In this document: in pieces, positions 1 through 12,544 of the stretch | Layout: each line of letters opens with the position of its first letter | How positions within the stretch are numbered: the stretch's first letter is position 1 | NCBI GenBank assembly: GCA_002269645.1 | Contig: NIVC01000246.1 | Span: 62,001 to 126,000, forward strand | From: Macrostomum lignano | Lineage: Eukaryota | DNA length: 64,000 nt | Reading direction: 5' to 3' | Program-made: the position numbers and the translations under genes | Notes under the pieces: generated by a model | Told to the model about the DNA's origin: nothing | Database searches by the model: none | The model's input: the letters and a program-made list of their open reading frames with translations, nothing else

Positions 1-1267
1 TGGCACAAGCCGCATGCCGCAGACAAAGCCCAGCGGCAGTGAAAGGCCATACGAGTACTAGACATTGGCACACAATAGCATTGAAGTGCCATGAAGACAG
101 CAGGTGACACAGGAGCGCTGGCCACAAGTCATCCTGTTGTCTCACACTGCCTGGTCAGCCAGCTTCTCCCTGGAGAGTCTTCCACCGTCGCGTGTGCAAC
201 ACCCCTACCTGTTTAACGGCAATTCGCCTGCCCTCCCTTGTTGCGTTGCGTCACACGGGCACTCCGGATGTGAAACTCTGAGCGCGTCACCTCAGTTCCC
301 GTCTATCCAGCTGAGATTGCGTCACCAACCCTTCCTGGCTGTTTGTCAGCTTTAAACAAACTCTCCCATGGAAGGCGTTGCGCCATAGCTGCACTCGAAT
401 TCGCTGGCTCGCTCAATAGGGCCGGGGATGTAGGTCAATAGCTTAACTCCCGCAAACGTCATTTTCACTTTTCCCCATTCTGTCTGTCTTCCTCTCTTCT
501 CTCTCTCTCTGTCGCTTACTTGTAAAGTCGGCAATTAACAGCCAAATACTCCAACTGGGAGGAGGAGGCCTCAGCCCTGTGTGCTCGCGTGTGCCAAGCT
601 CGTAATCCCACTGTTGAAGTGGGCACTCTTTGTTAATCTGTTCTGTTTGAGATTCTTATAGCATCTACTGATGGGAAGATTTCTTTCGGTGCACGGCTAG
701 CAGTGTGGTGTCGATGGGGATTATCTAAGTTAGTCAGTCAGTCATCCTGCTAAAAAACTCATTGATAACCTAATTAAGGACCTCAGCGCGTGTTCAGACC
801 GGGCGCCGCTCTCATTAACAATGTTTTCCTTTGCTTCTAATCTGTCTTTCTTTAGAGGCCTACTATTGTCTTCTGCTTTTAGAAGCAAATTATCGCCTAT
901 AATAGAATTCTTTTTAGTATCCCGGGCGACACGTGGTCAATGGGGGAGAATGGGGAGAAAAATCCTTTCTGGTAGATAGCTGTTGAGTTTCGGTTGGAAT
1001 CCCAAAGCCTCCCATTTGAAGATTTTTCTTGCGGCTTAAAAACCCAGGGATTGGCTGCCTGGGGATTTCTGTGCGATGCTCAAAGCATTCGCTTGACTTC
1101 CCCCTTTTCTAGTTGGGAACCGGCAGATGCCGCAGTCGGATAGGCGGAGACAAAGTCTAGGCGGGGGATTAGCAAGTCCAGTGGGATTATTGTCCCACCG
1201 ATTCCCAGACTCCCAACTCCTTCAAGGGTCGTCTGGCACACCTCACTTTTGCTTCGCGTGTCTCGGT

Positions 1268-1565
1268 GGAATAGAATGGAGTTGACCTGAAATAGAATTG
1301 AAATAGAATGGAGTTGACCTGAAATAGAATTGAAATAGAATGGAGTTGACCTGAAATAGAATTGAAATAGAATGGAGTTGACCTGAAATAGAATTGAAAT
1401 AGAATGGAGTTGACCTGAAATAGAATTGAAATAGAATGGAGTTGACCTGAAATAGAATTGAAATAGAATGGAGTTGACCTGAAATAGAATTGAAATAGAA
1501 TGGAGTTGACCTGAAATAGAATTGAAATAGAATGGAGTTGACCTGAAATAGAATTGAAATAGAAT
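1268..1565. repeat. 32-bp tandem repeat (TGGAGTTGACCTGAAATAGAATTGAAATAGAA) x ~9
   Basis: Period read directly (TGGAG at 1277, 1309, ...). Grades into the 21-bp array. Confidence 0.95.
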
Positions 1566-4500
1566 CGGAGTAGAACTAAAATAAAATGAAAAAGAACTGA
1601 GATAAAATAGAGTAGAACAGGAATAGAATGGAATAAAATAGAGTAGAACAGGAATAGAATGGAATAAAATCGAGTAGAACTGGAATAGAATGGAATAAAA
1701 TCGAGTAGAACTGGAATAGAATGGAGTAAAATCGAGTAGAACTGGAATAGAATGGAGTAAAATCGAGTAGAACTGGAATAGAATGGAGTAGAACTGGAAT
1801 AGAATGGAATAAAATCGAGTAGAACTGGAATATAATGGAGTAGAAGTGGAATAGAATCGAGTAGAACTGAAATAGAATCGAATAGAACTGGAATACAACC
1901 GAGTAGAACTGGAATAGTATGGAGTATAACTGGAATAGAACCGAGTAGAACTGGAATAGTATGGAGTAGAACTGGAATAGAATCGAGTAGAACTGAAATA
2001 GAATGGAGTAGAACTGGAATAGAATCGAGTAGAACTGAAATAGAATGGAGTAGAACTGGAATAGAATCGAGTAGAACTGAAATAGAATGGAGTAGAACTG
2101 GAATAGAATCGAGTAGAACTGGAAAAGAATGGAGTAGAAGTGGAATAGAATCGAGTAGAACTGGAATAGAATCGAATAGAACTGGAATAGAATGGAGTAG
2201 AACTGCAATAGAACCGAGTAGAACTGGAATGGTATGGAGTAGAACTGGAATAGAATCGAGTAGAACTGAAATAGAATGGAGTAGAAGTGGAATAGAATCG
2301 AGTAGAACTGGAATAGAATGGAGTAGAACTGAAATAGAATGGAGTAGAACTGGAATAGAATTGAATAGAACTGAAATAGAATCGAGTAGAACTGTAGTAG
2401 AATCGAGTAGAACTGAAATAGAATCGAAAAGAACTGGAATACAACCGAGTAGAACTGGAATAGAACCGAGTAGAACTGGAATAGAATGAATAGAACTGGA
2501 ATAGAATGGAGTAGAACAGGAATAGAATGGAATAGAACTGGAATAGAATCGAGTAGAACTGGAATAGAATGGAGTAGAACTGGATTAGAATCGAGTAGAA
2601 CAGGAATAGAATGGAGTAGAACTGGAATAGAATGGAATAAAATCGGGTAGAACTGGAATAGAATGGAGTATAACTGGAATAGAACCGAGTAGAACTGGAA
2701 TCGTATGGAGTAGAACTGGAAAAGAATCGAGTAGAACTGGCATAGAATGGAGTAGAACTGGATTAGAATCGAGTAGAACTGGAATAGAATGGAGTAGAAC
2801 TGGAATAAAATCTAGTAGAACTGGAATAGAATGGAATAGAACTGGAATAGAATGGAATAGAACTGGAATAGAATGGAGTAGAACTGAAATAGAATGGAAT
2901 AGAACTGGAATAGAACCGAGTAGAACTGGAATAGAATGGAGTAGAACTGAAATAGAATGGAGTAGAACTGGAATGGAATGGAATAGAACTGAAATAAAAC
3001 CGAGTAGAACTGGAATAGAATGGAGTAGAACTGGATTAGAATCGAGTAGAACAGGAATAGAATGGAGTAGAACTGGAATAGAATGGAATAGAACTGGAAT
3101 AGAATCGAGTAGAACTGGAATAGAATGGAGTAGAACTGGATTAGAATCGAGTAGAACAGGAATAGAATGGAGTAGAACTGGAATAGAATGGAATAAAATC
3201 GGGTAGAACTGGAATAGAATGGAGTATAACTGGAATAGAACCGAGTAGAACTGGAATCGTATGGAGTAGAACTGGAAAAGAATCGAGTAGAACTGGCATA
3301 GAATGGAGTAGAACTGGATTAGAATCGAGTAGAACTGGAATAGAATGGAGTAGAACTGGAATAAAATCTAGTAGAACTGGAATAGAATGGAATAGAACTG
3401 GAATAGAATGGAATAGAACTGGAATAGAATGGAGTAGAACTGAAATAGAATGGAATAGAACTGGAATAGAACCGAGTAGAACTGGAATAGAATGGAGTAG
3501 AACTGAAATAGAATGGAGTAGAACTGGAATGGAATGGAATAGAACTGGAATAAAACCGAGTAGAACTGGAATAGAATGGAGTAGAACTGGATTAGAATCG
3601 AGTAGAACAGGAATAGAATGGAGTAGAACTGGAATAGAATGGAATAGAACTGGAATAGAATGGAGTAGAACTGGAATAGAATGGAGTAGAACTGGAATAG
3701 AATGGAATAGAACTGGAATAGAGTAGAACAGGAGTAGAATGGAGTAGAACAGGAATAGAATGGAATAGAACTGGAATAGAATGGAGTAGAACTGGATTAG
3801 AATCGAGTAGAACAGGAATAGAATGGAGTAGAAGTGGAATAGAATCGAGTAGAACTGGAATAGAATGGAGTAGAACTGCAATAGAATGGAGTAGAACTGG
3901 AATAGAATGGAGTAGAACTGCAATAGAATCGAGTAGAACAGGAATAGAATGGAGTAGAACTGGAATAGAATGGAATAGAACTGGAATCGAATGGAGTAGA
4001 ACTGGAATAGAATGGAGTAGAACTGGAATAGAATGGAATAGAACTGGAATAGAGTAGAACAGGAGTAGAATGGAGTAGAACAGGAATAGAATGGAATAGA
4101 ACTGGAATAGAATGGAGTAGAACTGGAATAGAATGGAGTAGAACTGGATTAGAATCGAGTAGAACAGGAATAGAATGGAGTAGAAGTGGAATAGAATCGA
4201 GTAGAACTGGAATAGAATGGAGTAGAACTGCAATAGAATGGAGTAGAACTGGAATATAATGGAGTAGAACTGCAATAGAATCGAGTAGAACAGGAATAGA
4301 ATGGAGTAGAACTGGAATAAAATCTAGTAGAACTGGAATAGAATGGAATAGAACTGGAATAGAATGGAATAGAACTGAAATAGAATGGAGTAGAACTGGA
4401 ATAGAATCGAGTAGAACTGGAATAGAATGGAGTAGAAGTGGAATAGAATCGAGTAGAACTGGAATAGAATCGAATAGAACTGGAATAGAATGGAGTAGAA

Positions 4501-5885
4501 CTGCAATAGAACCGAGTAGAACTGGAATGGTATGGAGTAGAACTGGAATAGAATCGAGTAGAACTGAAATAGAATGGAGTAGAAGTGGAATAGAATCGAG
4601 TAGAACTGGAATAGAATGGAGTAGAACTGAAATAGAATGGAGTAGAACTGGAATAGAATTGAATAGAACTGAAATAGAATCGAGTAGAACTGTAGTAGAA
4701 TCGAGTAGAACTGAAATAGAATCGAATAGAACTGGAGTAGAATGGAGTAGAAGTGGAATAGAATGGAGTAGAACTAGAATAGAATGGAGTAGAACTGAAA
4801 TAGAATGGAGTAGAACTGGAATGGAATGGAATAGAACTGGAATGGAATGGAATAGAACTGGATTAGAATCGAGTAGAACTGGAATAGAATGGAGTAGAAC
4901 TGAAATAGAATGGAGTAGAACTGGAATGGAATGGAATAGAACTGGATTAGAATCGAGTAGAACTGGAATAGAATGGAGTAGAACTGGAATAAAATCGAGT
5001 AGAACTGGAATAGAATGGAATAGAACTGGAATAGAATGGAGTAGAACTGGAATAGAATGGAGTAGAACTGGAATAGAATGGAATAGAACTGGAATAGAAT
5101 GGAGTAGAACTGGAATAGAATGGAGTAGAACTGAAATAGAATGGAGTAGAACTGAAATAGAATGGAGTAGAACTGGAATGGAATGGAATAGAACTGGATT
5201 AGAATCGAGTAGAACTGGAATAGAATGGAGTAGAACTGGAGTAGAATCGAGTAGAACTGGAGTAGAATCGAGTAGAACTGAAATAGAATCGAATAGAACT
5301 GGAGTAGAATGGAGTAGAAGTGGAATAGAATGGAGTAGAACTAGAATAGAATGGAGTAGAACTGAAATAGAATGGAGTAGAACTGGAATGGAATGGAATA
5401 GAACTGGAATGGAATGGAATAGAACTGGATTAGAATCGAGTAGAACTGGAATAGAATGGAGTAGAACTGAAATAGAATGGAGTAGAACTGGAATGGAATG
5501 GAATAGAACTGGATTAGAATCGAGTAGAACTGGAATAGAATGGAGTAGAACTGGAATAAAATCGAGTAGAACTGGAATAGAATGGAATAGAACTGGAATA
5601 GAATGGAGTAGAACTGGAATAGAATGGAGTAGAACTGGAATAGAATGGAATAGAACTGGAATAGAATGGAGTAGAACTGGAATAGAATGGAGTAGAACTG
5701 AAATAGAATGGAGTAGAACTGGAATAGAATGGAATAGAACTGGAATAGAACCGAGTAGAACTGGAATAGAATGGAGTAGAACTGGATTAGAATCGAGTAG
5801 AACAGGAATAGAATGGAGTAGAACTGGAATAGAATGGAATAGAACTGGAATAGAATGGAGTAGAACTCGAGTTGAATGGAGTAGA
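1566..5885. repeat. 21-bp satellite GGAATAGAATGGAGTAGAACT, ~200 copies, with higher-order duplications
   Basis: Direct reading. Variant blocks recur at offsets of 556 bp (2701/3257), 567 bp (4721/5288) and 2298 bp (2229/4527). Confidence 0.97.
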
Positions 5886-5982
5886 GCATCATACAAATCC
5901 AAGATATGGCGCGCAGTTCTCATCAGCTACTCCTCTGATCAACGCAAGCCTCACTCTCCCCCATTTACCCCCCCCTCCGCAG

Positions 5983-6096
5983 CTGGCCGCCCTCAGCCGC
6001 GATCCGCCCCGCCTGATTCGCCGCTTGGCCGCCGGAGCCGCCGCCTCGCTGCTGGGCCTCGCCGCCTACCGCCTGCTGCGCTCATTCTTCAACTAA
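5983..6096 (+). CDS. Probable terminal exon encoding a C-terminal tail-anchor helix (LAALSRDPPRLIRRLAAGAAASLLGLAAYRLLRSFFN*); resembles the Miro/RHOT tail
   Basis: Pyrimidine tract TTTACCCCCCCCTCCGCAG ends at 5982. GC-rich codons, hydrophobic stretch followed by basic residues, TAA at 6094-6096, then AT-rich UTR-like sequence. No upstream exons found in the window. Confidence 0.4.
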   Translation: MAALSRDPPRLIRRLAAGAAASLLGLAAYRLLRSFFN

Positions 6097-6834
6097 ATCA
6101 AACTCATTTTTAACAAAAAAGAGACGCGTATGCGCAGTATACGCTACTACATGACTGGTTGTAAGTAGCACTATGCGAAAGAGAATAGCACATATTTTGT
6201 TTGGTTTCGAAAAAATTGTTTGATTTGTCCTTTGTTTGTTTTTTAAAATTTTTTGTAGATACGCTCGAATGTTGATTTGCTTTTTCTTTTGCACCTCATG
6301 CTAAATTATACAAAACTATCATTTCGATGTACATGTACAACTGTATCTATATTGACTTTTTGAATCGGAATTTCTGATTACTATTATCCAGGTTCCTTGA
6401 TGCGGACGCTTCTTGAAGTACACAATATGTACATAGCTGTGCTATCCTTGCTCTCTTCTATAAGCAATTTTATCTTGAATATTTTTTGATATGCCTGATT
6501 AGGCACATTGAGAACACAATGAACGACCTCAAGAAAACAGACAATGCTTCATCTCATATTTATGATTTTATTATCCAGTACAGTGTTTTTGATGCTCGAT
6601 TTTGCTTAAAATGCACCATTGCTTTGCATAAACTTGGTAAATATTTCCTTTTGATGTTGTTGAATTGTTAATCTTTTTTGTTGCTTTTTGTGGGCCAATA
6701 TTGCTTTTAAAAAACACGACTATGTAAATGTGCTATGGAAAATTTATCAGCTAATTTTGTTTTAATCAATTACAATTCGTACTTTATGGTAGTTTTTCAA
6801 CTTATTTGTCTGTTCAGATTAATGAGTAGTATTA

Positions 6835-7256
6835 GAGTAGATGCTGACAGTTTTTGTGTAGATGCTGACAATGTTTGAGTAGATGCTGACAATGTTTGAG
6901 TAGATGCTGAAAGTGTTTGAGTAGATGCTGACAGTGTTTGAGTTGATGCTGAAAGTGTTTGAGTAAATGCTGACAGTGTTTGAGTAGATGCTGAAAGTGT
7001 TTGAGTAGATGCTGACAATGTTTGAGTAGATGCTGAAAGTGTTTAAGTAGATGCTGACAATGTTTGAGTAGATGCTGAAAGTGTTTAAGTAGATGCTGAC
7101 AATGTTTGAGTAGATGCTGAAAGTGTTTGAGTAGATGCTGACAGTGTTTGAGTAGATGCTGAAAGTGTTTGAGTAGATGCTGACAATGTTTGAGTAGATG
7201 CTGGCAATGTTTGAGTAGATGCTGACAGTGTTTGAGTAGGTGCTGACAGTGTTTGG
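6835..7256. repeat. 21-bp tandem repeat GAGTAGATGCTGACAGTGTTT x ~20
   Basis: Direct reading. Confidence 0.95.
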
Positions 7257-7267
7257 GAAGATGCTGT

Positions 7268-7698
7268 AGACCCTATGTGATACCCTGTGGGATACTTTGT
7301 GGGATACCCTGTGGGATACCCTGTGGGATACCCTTTGGGATACCCTGTGGGATACCCTGTGAGATACTCTATGGGATACCCTGTGGGATACCCTGTGGGA
7401 TACCCTGTGGGATACCCTGTGGGATACCCTGTGGGATACCCTGTGGGATACCCTGTGGGATACCCTGTGGGATACCCTGTGGGATACCCTGTGGGATACC
7501 CTGTGGGATACCCTGTGGGATACCCTGTGGGATACCCTGTGGGATACCCTGTGGGATACCCTGTGGGATACCCTGTGGGATACCCTGTGGGATACGCTGT
7601 GGGATACCCTGTGGGATACGCTGTGGGATACCCTGTGGGATACCCTGTGGGATACCCTGTTGGATACCCTGTTGGATACCCTGTGGGATACCCTGTGG
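7268..7698. repeat. 12-bp tandem repeat CTGTGGGATACC x ~35
   Basis: Direct reading; source of the GYPT/GIPC/RVSH pseudo-ORFs. Confidence 0.95.
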
Positions 7699-7724
7699 AA
7701 TTCTGTTGGCCCAAGGAGGCCAGA

Positions 7725-7886
7725 GCCAATCGGCGTGCACCAACACTCGGATAACAATGTAGTCTGCATGCAAAAGACGCAGGCTCTGGTTGCTATAGCA
7801 ACATGGAAGCTTATAAACGTTTAACTGGCGGCTTCCGCATCAACAGAAGAGTAATTGAATCTGTTTTTTAGAAAGGCTGGGTGAGT
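7725..7886 (+). promoter_or_regulatory. Putative promoter and non-coding first exon of the PAN/lectin gene: CCAAT, RFX X-box, TATAAA, donor GG|GTGAGT
   Basis: GCCAATC at ~7725, palindromic GTTGCTATAGCAAC at 7789-7802, TATAAA at 7812-7817, GTGAGT at 7881. Candidate acceptors near 8673/8692, ahead of the ATG at 8737. Confidence 0.4.
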
Positions 7887-7939
7887 ATCTTTTGTGTACA
7901 TCCTTATATAGTACTTTGCCATTATTATGTTAAGTCAGC

Positions 7940-8640
7940 TCTTGTTCATAAAATCCCACTCCTGTTCATAAAATCCCACTAAGTTGATAAAATCCCACTC
8001 CTCTTTATAAAATCCCACTCCTGTTTATGAAATCCCACTCCTGCTCATAAAATCTGTTCATGAAATCCCATTCTTGTACATAAAATCCCACTCCTGCTCA
8101 TAAAATCTCACTCCTGTTCATAAAATCCCAATCCTGTTCATAAAGTCCCACTCCTGTTCATGAAATCCCACTTCTGTTCATGAAATCCCACTTCTGTTCA
8201 TGAAATCCCACTTCTGTTCATGAAATCCCACTTCTGTTCATGAAATCCCACTTTTGTTCATGAAATCCCACTCCTGTTCATGAAATTCCACTTCTGTTCA
8301 TGAAATCCCACTTCTGTTCATGAAATTCCACTCTTGTTCATGAAATTCCACTCCTGTTATAAAATCCCACTCCTGTTCATGAAATTCCACTCCTGTTCAT
8401 GAAATCCCACTCCTGTTCATGAAATCCCACTCCTGCTCATGAAATCTGTTCATGAAATCCCATTCTTGTACATAAAATCCCACTCCTGCTCATAAAATCT
8501 CACTCCTGTTCATAAAATCCCAATCCTGTTCATAAAGTCCCACTTTTGTTCATGAAATCTCACTTTTTTTCATGAAATCCCACTTCTGTTCATGAAATCC
8601 CACTTTTGTTCATGAAATCCCACCCCTGCTCATGAAACTT
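7940..8640. repeat. 20-bp tandem repeat TGTTCATGAAATCCCACTTC x ~33 (putative 5'UTR intron)
   Basis: Direct reading. Confidence 0.93.
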
Positions 8641-8736
8641 GTTGTTCAATGAATCGAGCCGACTGTTTTTCAGTCCATCAACATTTTGCAAGTTCCGTGC
8701 CCAGCAAAAAGGAAGCTCCCCACCCTGAAGCCGTCG

Positions 8737-10448
8737 ATGTCGCTGACTCTGCTGACTCTGCTGACTCTGCTGTTGCTGCTCCACCTTGATGCCAGCCGGG
8801 CAGCCGACTTCCACCTGGTCCGGGGCTCGTTGTGCATCCGCGGGAGTTCGTAGTCGAGCTGGCCAACCCGATCGGGACTCCCCTGGCCTGCGCGTTTGAG
8901 TGCTCAGGGCTGCCTGACTGTCAGGCCTTCGAGCTGCCGGATGGCCGCGGCATCTGCCGACTGTTCGTCTTCGACATGTGCAGCAGGCCGCTGGCCGACT
9001 GCGGCGTCTGCAACCGCACCGGCGACGTTTTCGTGCGGCGCCGGCCGGGACTGACGGCTGGCCGACTCTGTCCGGATGCTTACGGTGACGCCAGGTGAGG
9101 ACTGCGTTCAAGGTATTCGGGTGCGGGTTGTCAGGCATTCGGGTGCGGGACTTCAGGCATTCGGGTGCGGGACTTCAGGCATTCGGGTGCGGGACTTCAG
9201 GCATTCGGGTGCGGGACTTCAGGCATTCGGTGCGGGACTTCAGGCACTCGGGTGCTGGTCTTCAGGTGTTCGAGTGCGGGTCTTCAGGTGTTCGGGTGCG
9301 GGTCTTCAGGTGTTCGGGTGCGGGTCTTCAGGTGTTCGGGTGCGGGACTTCAGGTGTTCGGGTGCGGGTCTTCAGGAATTCGGGTGCGGGACTTCAGGTG
9401 TTCGGGTGCGGGTCTTCAGGAATTCGGGTGCGGGACTTCAGGAATTCGGGTGCGCGTCTTCAGGAATTCGGGTGCGGGACTTCAGGAATTCGGGTGCGGG
9501 TCTTCAGGAATTCGGGTGCGGGACTTCAGGCATTCGGGTGCGGGACTTCAGGCACTCGGGTGCGGGTCTTCAGGTGTTCGGGTGCGGGTCTTCAGGCATT
9601 CGGGTGCGGGTCTTCAGGCATTCGGGTGCGGGTCTTCAGGTATTTAGTATATAGGATTCTTACTGAAAAACTGTCGTGCAGTTCACACCCATGAAGGCAA
9701 ACCCCGAAGACACGGAAGGGGTACATGGTACGTACATGCCTGACGATTAGAAAGTCAGGGTCGATGTACACCTTGTGTGAGCTGTGTGTATGAGTTCGTG
9801 CCTGAGTACAGTATTGGCTCAAAATTACATAATATTGGATGAAGTCGCCCAAGGCTCTTCTGTGAATATTTGTTTTATTTATACTCGTAGTCTTCATATA
9901 CAGGTACATTGTAGCATAATTAGATACCTAATGCCTGCGTCATAACTGTTCAAAATGATGTTATTATTATCAAAGTACATACAGTACGCTGGAAAGTTAT
10001 TTACTCCGTCCCAGCAACAAGTCAAAAGCCCCCGCATTGGCTTCTCAGGTGCGGCCTTCGCTACCGCCTGGCAACCGGGGCGCACAGCTGGACAGCTTTC
10101 AAATCGATGGCCGAAGTCGAGCCGGGCGGCCTCGCGGGCTTCGCCGACGCCCTGACAGCCGACGAGCTGTCCTGGGTGCTGGCGCTCAGCGTCCGCCATT
10201 CTTCATCATTTTTCCTGTCCGGCGCCCAGCTGCCGGGCAGTCCGGAGCCGGCCGGCGGCTTCCGCTGGAGCCGCTGCAACCGGACAGTAAACCCCGGCTT
10301 CTTCTGGCCGGGCGATCCGGACAATCGGGCTGGCGAAGACTTTGTCGGGGTGTACTTCGCCGGCGGCGGCACCTCCAAGGGGCTGGTGGATGTGCCAGTG
10401 AACCCGTACTCGGCGGCGCTCTTCATGTGCGTGTCGCCCTTCGATTGA
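8737..10448 (+). CDS. Secreted PAN/apple-like + C-type-lectin-like domain protein; exons 8737-9094 and 10049-10448; 1-bp frameshift at ~8824
   Basis: Signal peptide MSLTLLTLLTLLLLLHLDASRA. PAN-type Cys pattern (ACAFECSGLPDCQAF..ICRLF). Donor AG|GTGAGG at 9095 and acceptor CTTCTCAG at 10048 join in frame (CPDAYGDAR-CGLRYRL..HSW). CTLD-like W-PGDPDN..GLVDVP..FMC. Adding one G to the GGGG run at 8822-8825 joins the signal peptide to the PAN frame. Confidence 0.7.
9110..9641. repeat. Intronic 22-bp tandem repeat TCAGGCATTCGGGTGCGGGACT x ~24
   Basis: Direct reading; starts ~15 nt after the donor at 9095. Confidence 0.93.
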
Positions 10449-10491
10449 GCAGCTGGAGCGGGATTGGCAAACTGCTGTGGACACTACTAAA

Positions 10492-10820
10492 GATACCCTA
10501 AAGACACCCTGAAGACGCCCTGAAGATGTCCTGAAGATGCTCTGAAGATACCCTGAGAATACCCTAGAGATTTCTGACGATAACCTGAAAAGGCGCCCCT
10601 GAAAAAACCTGAAGACACCCTGAAGATATATCTTGAATATGCCCTGAAGATACCCTGAAGACGCCCTGAAGACGACCTGAAGATACCCTGAAGACGACCT
10701 GAAGATACCCTGAGAATACCCTGAGAATACCCTGAAGATACCTTGATAATACCCTAAAGATATTCTGAAGATACCTGGTACCCTGAAGACACCCATGTAG
10801 AACCTGAACACACCCTTCAG
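10492..10820. repeat. Degenerate ~11-bp repeat CTGAAGATACC
   Basis: Direct reading; downstream of the lectin stop codon. Confidence 0.8.
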
Positions 10821-11204
10821 CATCTTAGCTCTCATAATCTCAGTGTAAACACCGAACCCGGTCATACCAGAACGATGGCTAAAATAAAATAATTATTAAA
10901 AATGATTGACAAGTGCTGATCTCTACGGCAATTAAACTGTGAACAACAGGCCTAATATTATTTATTCTCCTCTGCTTTGTGCTTGGGTCCCCGCAGTCTG
11001 TTAGCTTTGGTTCCAAACCCCTTCACAAACACTTGCTCACCTGAAACTTAATCTCTCGCGGGCTAATTAGCACCTCGCCATCTTAATTAGAAGTTCCACA
11101 GCTGCTTTTGAGCTTCTACATGTAATGTCAATGTATGGTGTTTTACCTGGACAGATTGCACGGAATTTACCACCTGTTGACCTGCATGGAGCATGGCCGG
11201 AGCA

Positions 11205-11645
11205 CGCTACCCTCCACAGCTACCCTCCACAGCTACCCACCATGGCTACCCTCCACAGCTACACTCCACAGCTACCCACCATGGCTAACCTCCACAGCTA
11301 CCCTCCACAGCTACCCTCCACAGCTACCCTCAACAGCTACCCTCCACAGATACCCTCCACAGCTACCCTCCACAGCTACCCTCCACAGCTACCCTCCACA
11401 GCTACCCTCCACAGCTATCCTCCACAGCTACCCTCCACAGCTACCCTCCACAGCTACCCTCCACAGCTACCCTCCACAGCTACCCTCCACAGCTACCCTC
11501 CACAGCTACCCTCCACAGCTACCCTCCACAGCTACCCTCCACAGTTACCCTCCACAGCTACCCTCCACAGCTACCCTCCACAGCTACCCTCCACAGCTAC
11601 CCTCCACTGCTACCCTCCACTGCTACCCTCCACTGCTACCCTCCT
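11205..11645 (+). repeat. 13-bp tandem repeat CTACCCTCCACAG (forward array)
   Basis: Direct reading; the 13-aa periodic ORFs correspond to 3 units. Confidence 0.95.
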
Positions 11646-12269
11646 ACAGTAAAATAAAATGAAAATTATATAATCAAACGCATAAAGATCTACATGTAGG
11701 AGCATAGAAACCAGAGGGTGGAGCGCCCATCCGACATTGTCATGTGGCAGGGTCACTCCAGGTCACTCCAGCTCTGATGAAGCGCAGCCATTCAGGCGTT
11801 ACAGCACAAGCAGCTGCACACAATCAACTTCCTTCCCAAAAGTCGTCTGTCGTCCGGGCCTCGCGCCTGGCAATTCCATATTTTGATTTCATTTCTTGAC
11901 GAAGAAAGATTGGCATGAATTATGAATGCTGTAGCAACATCAAGCAGCTAACGTGGCAGCTAAGTCTTGCTTCCACAACTGACGGACAAAGTCGTTAGAA
12001 GTTTGTCACCTCCCTTGGCATGTTTTAGCAACTCAATCGTGTGGGAGGACCGGCCCATACCGCTGCTGCCGCGGCTGTTGTGTGTCACTCTTATATAAAT
12101 TGATTGATTTTTGCGATACTTAACAATATTTCATTAACAATCAAAATTGAAGAGTAAATTACCATTGGGACCGGTATTTTTCCTGGTGTATGGATTGCTC
12201 AAATTTGAAACATGAGTTAGCAAGTGCCTCCTGAAGAATCGGAACTAAGAGTGGAATAGTTGAAGGAAT

Positions 12270-12543
12270 GGTAGCTGTAGAGCGTAGCTGTGGAGGGTAG
12301 CTGTGGAGGGTAGCTGTGGAGCGTAGCTGTGGAGGGTAGCTGTGGAGGGTAGCTGTGAAGGGTAGCTGTGGAGCGTAGCTGTGGAGGGTAGCTGTGGAGG
12401 GTAGCTGTGGAGGGTAGCTGTGGAGGGTAGCTGTGGAGGGTAGCTGTGGAGGGTAGCCATGGTGGGTAGCTGTGGAGGGTAGCTGTTGAGGGTAGCCATG
12501 GTGGGTAGCTGTGGAGGGTAGCCATGGAGGGTAGCTGTGGAGG
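12270..12543 (-). repeat. Same 13-bp repeat in inverted orientation
   Basis: GTAGCTGTGGAGG units; shares CATGG variant units with the 11205 array. Confidence 0.95.
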
Positions 12544-12544
12544 T

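Noticed and set aside
1080-6113. Long ORFs (FYSSSTRF, SRTGIEW, HSIPVLL types)
   Set aside because: These are translations of the 21/32-bp satellite in several frames and on both strands, with no unique domain.
6797-7773. GYPT / GIPC / RVSH / STQTLSA ORFs
   Set aside because: They arise from the 12- and 21-bp tandem repeats.
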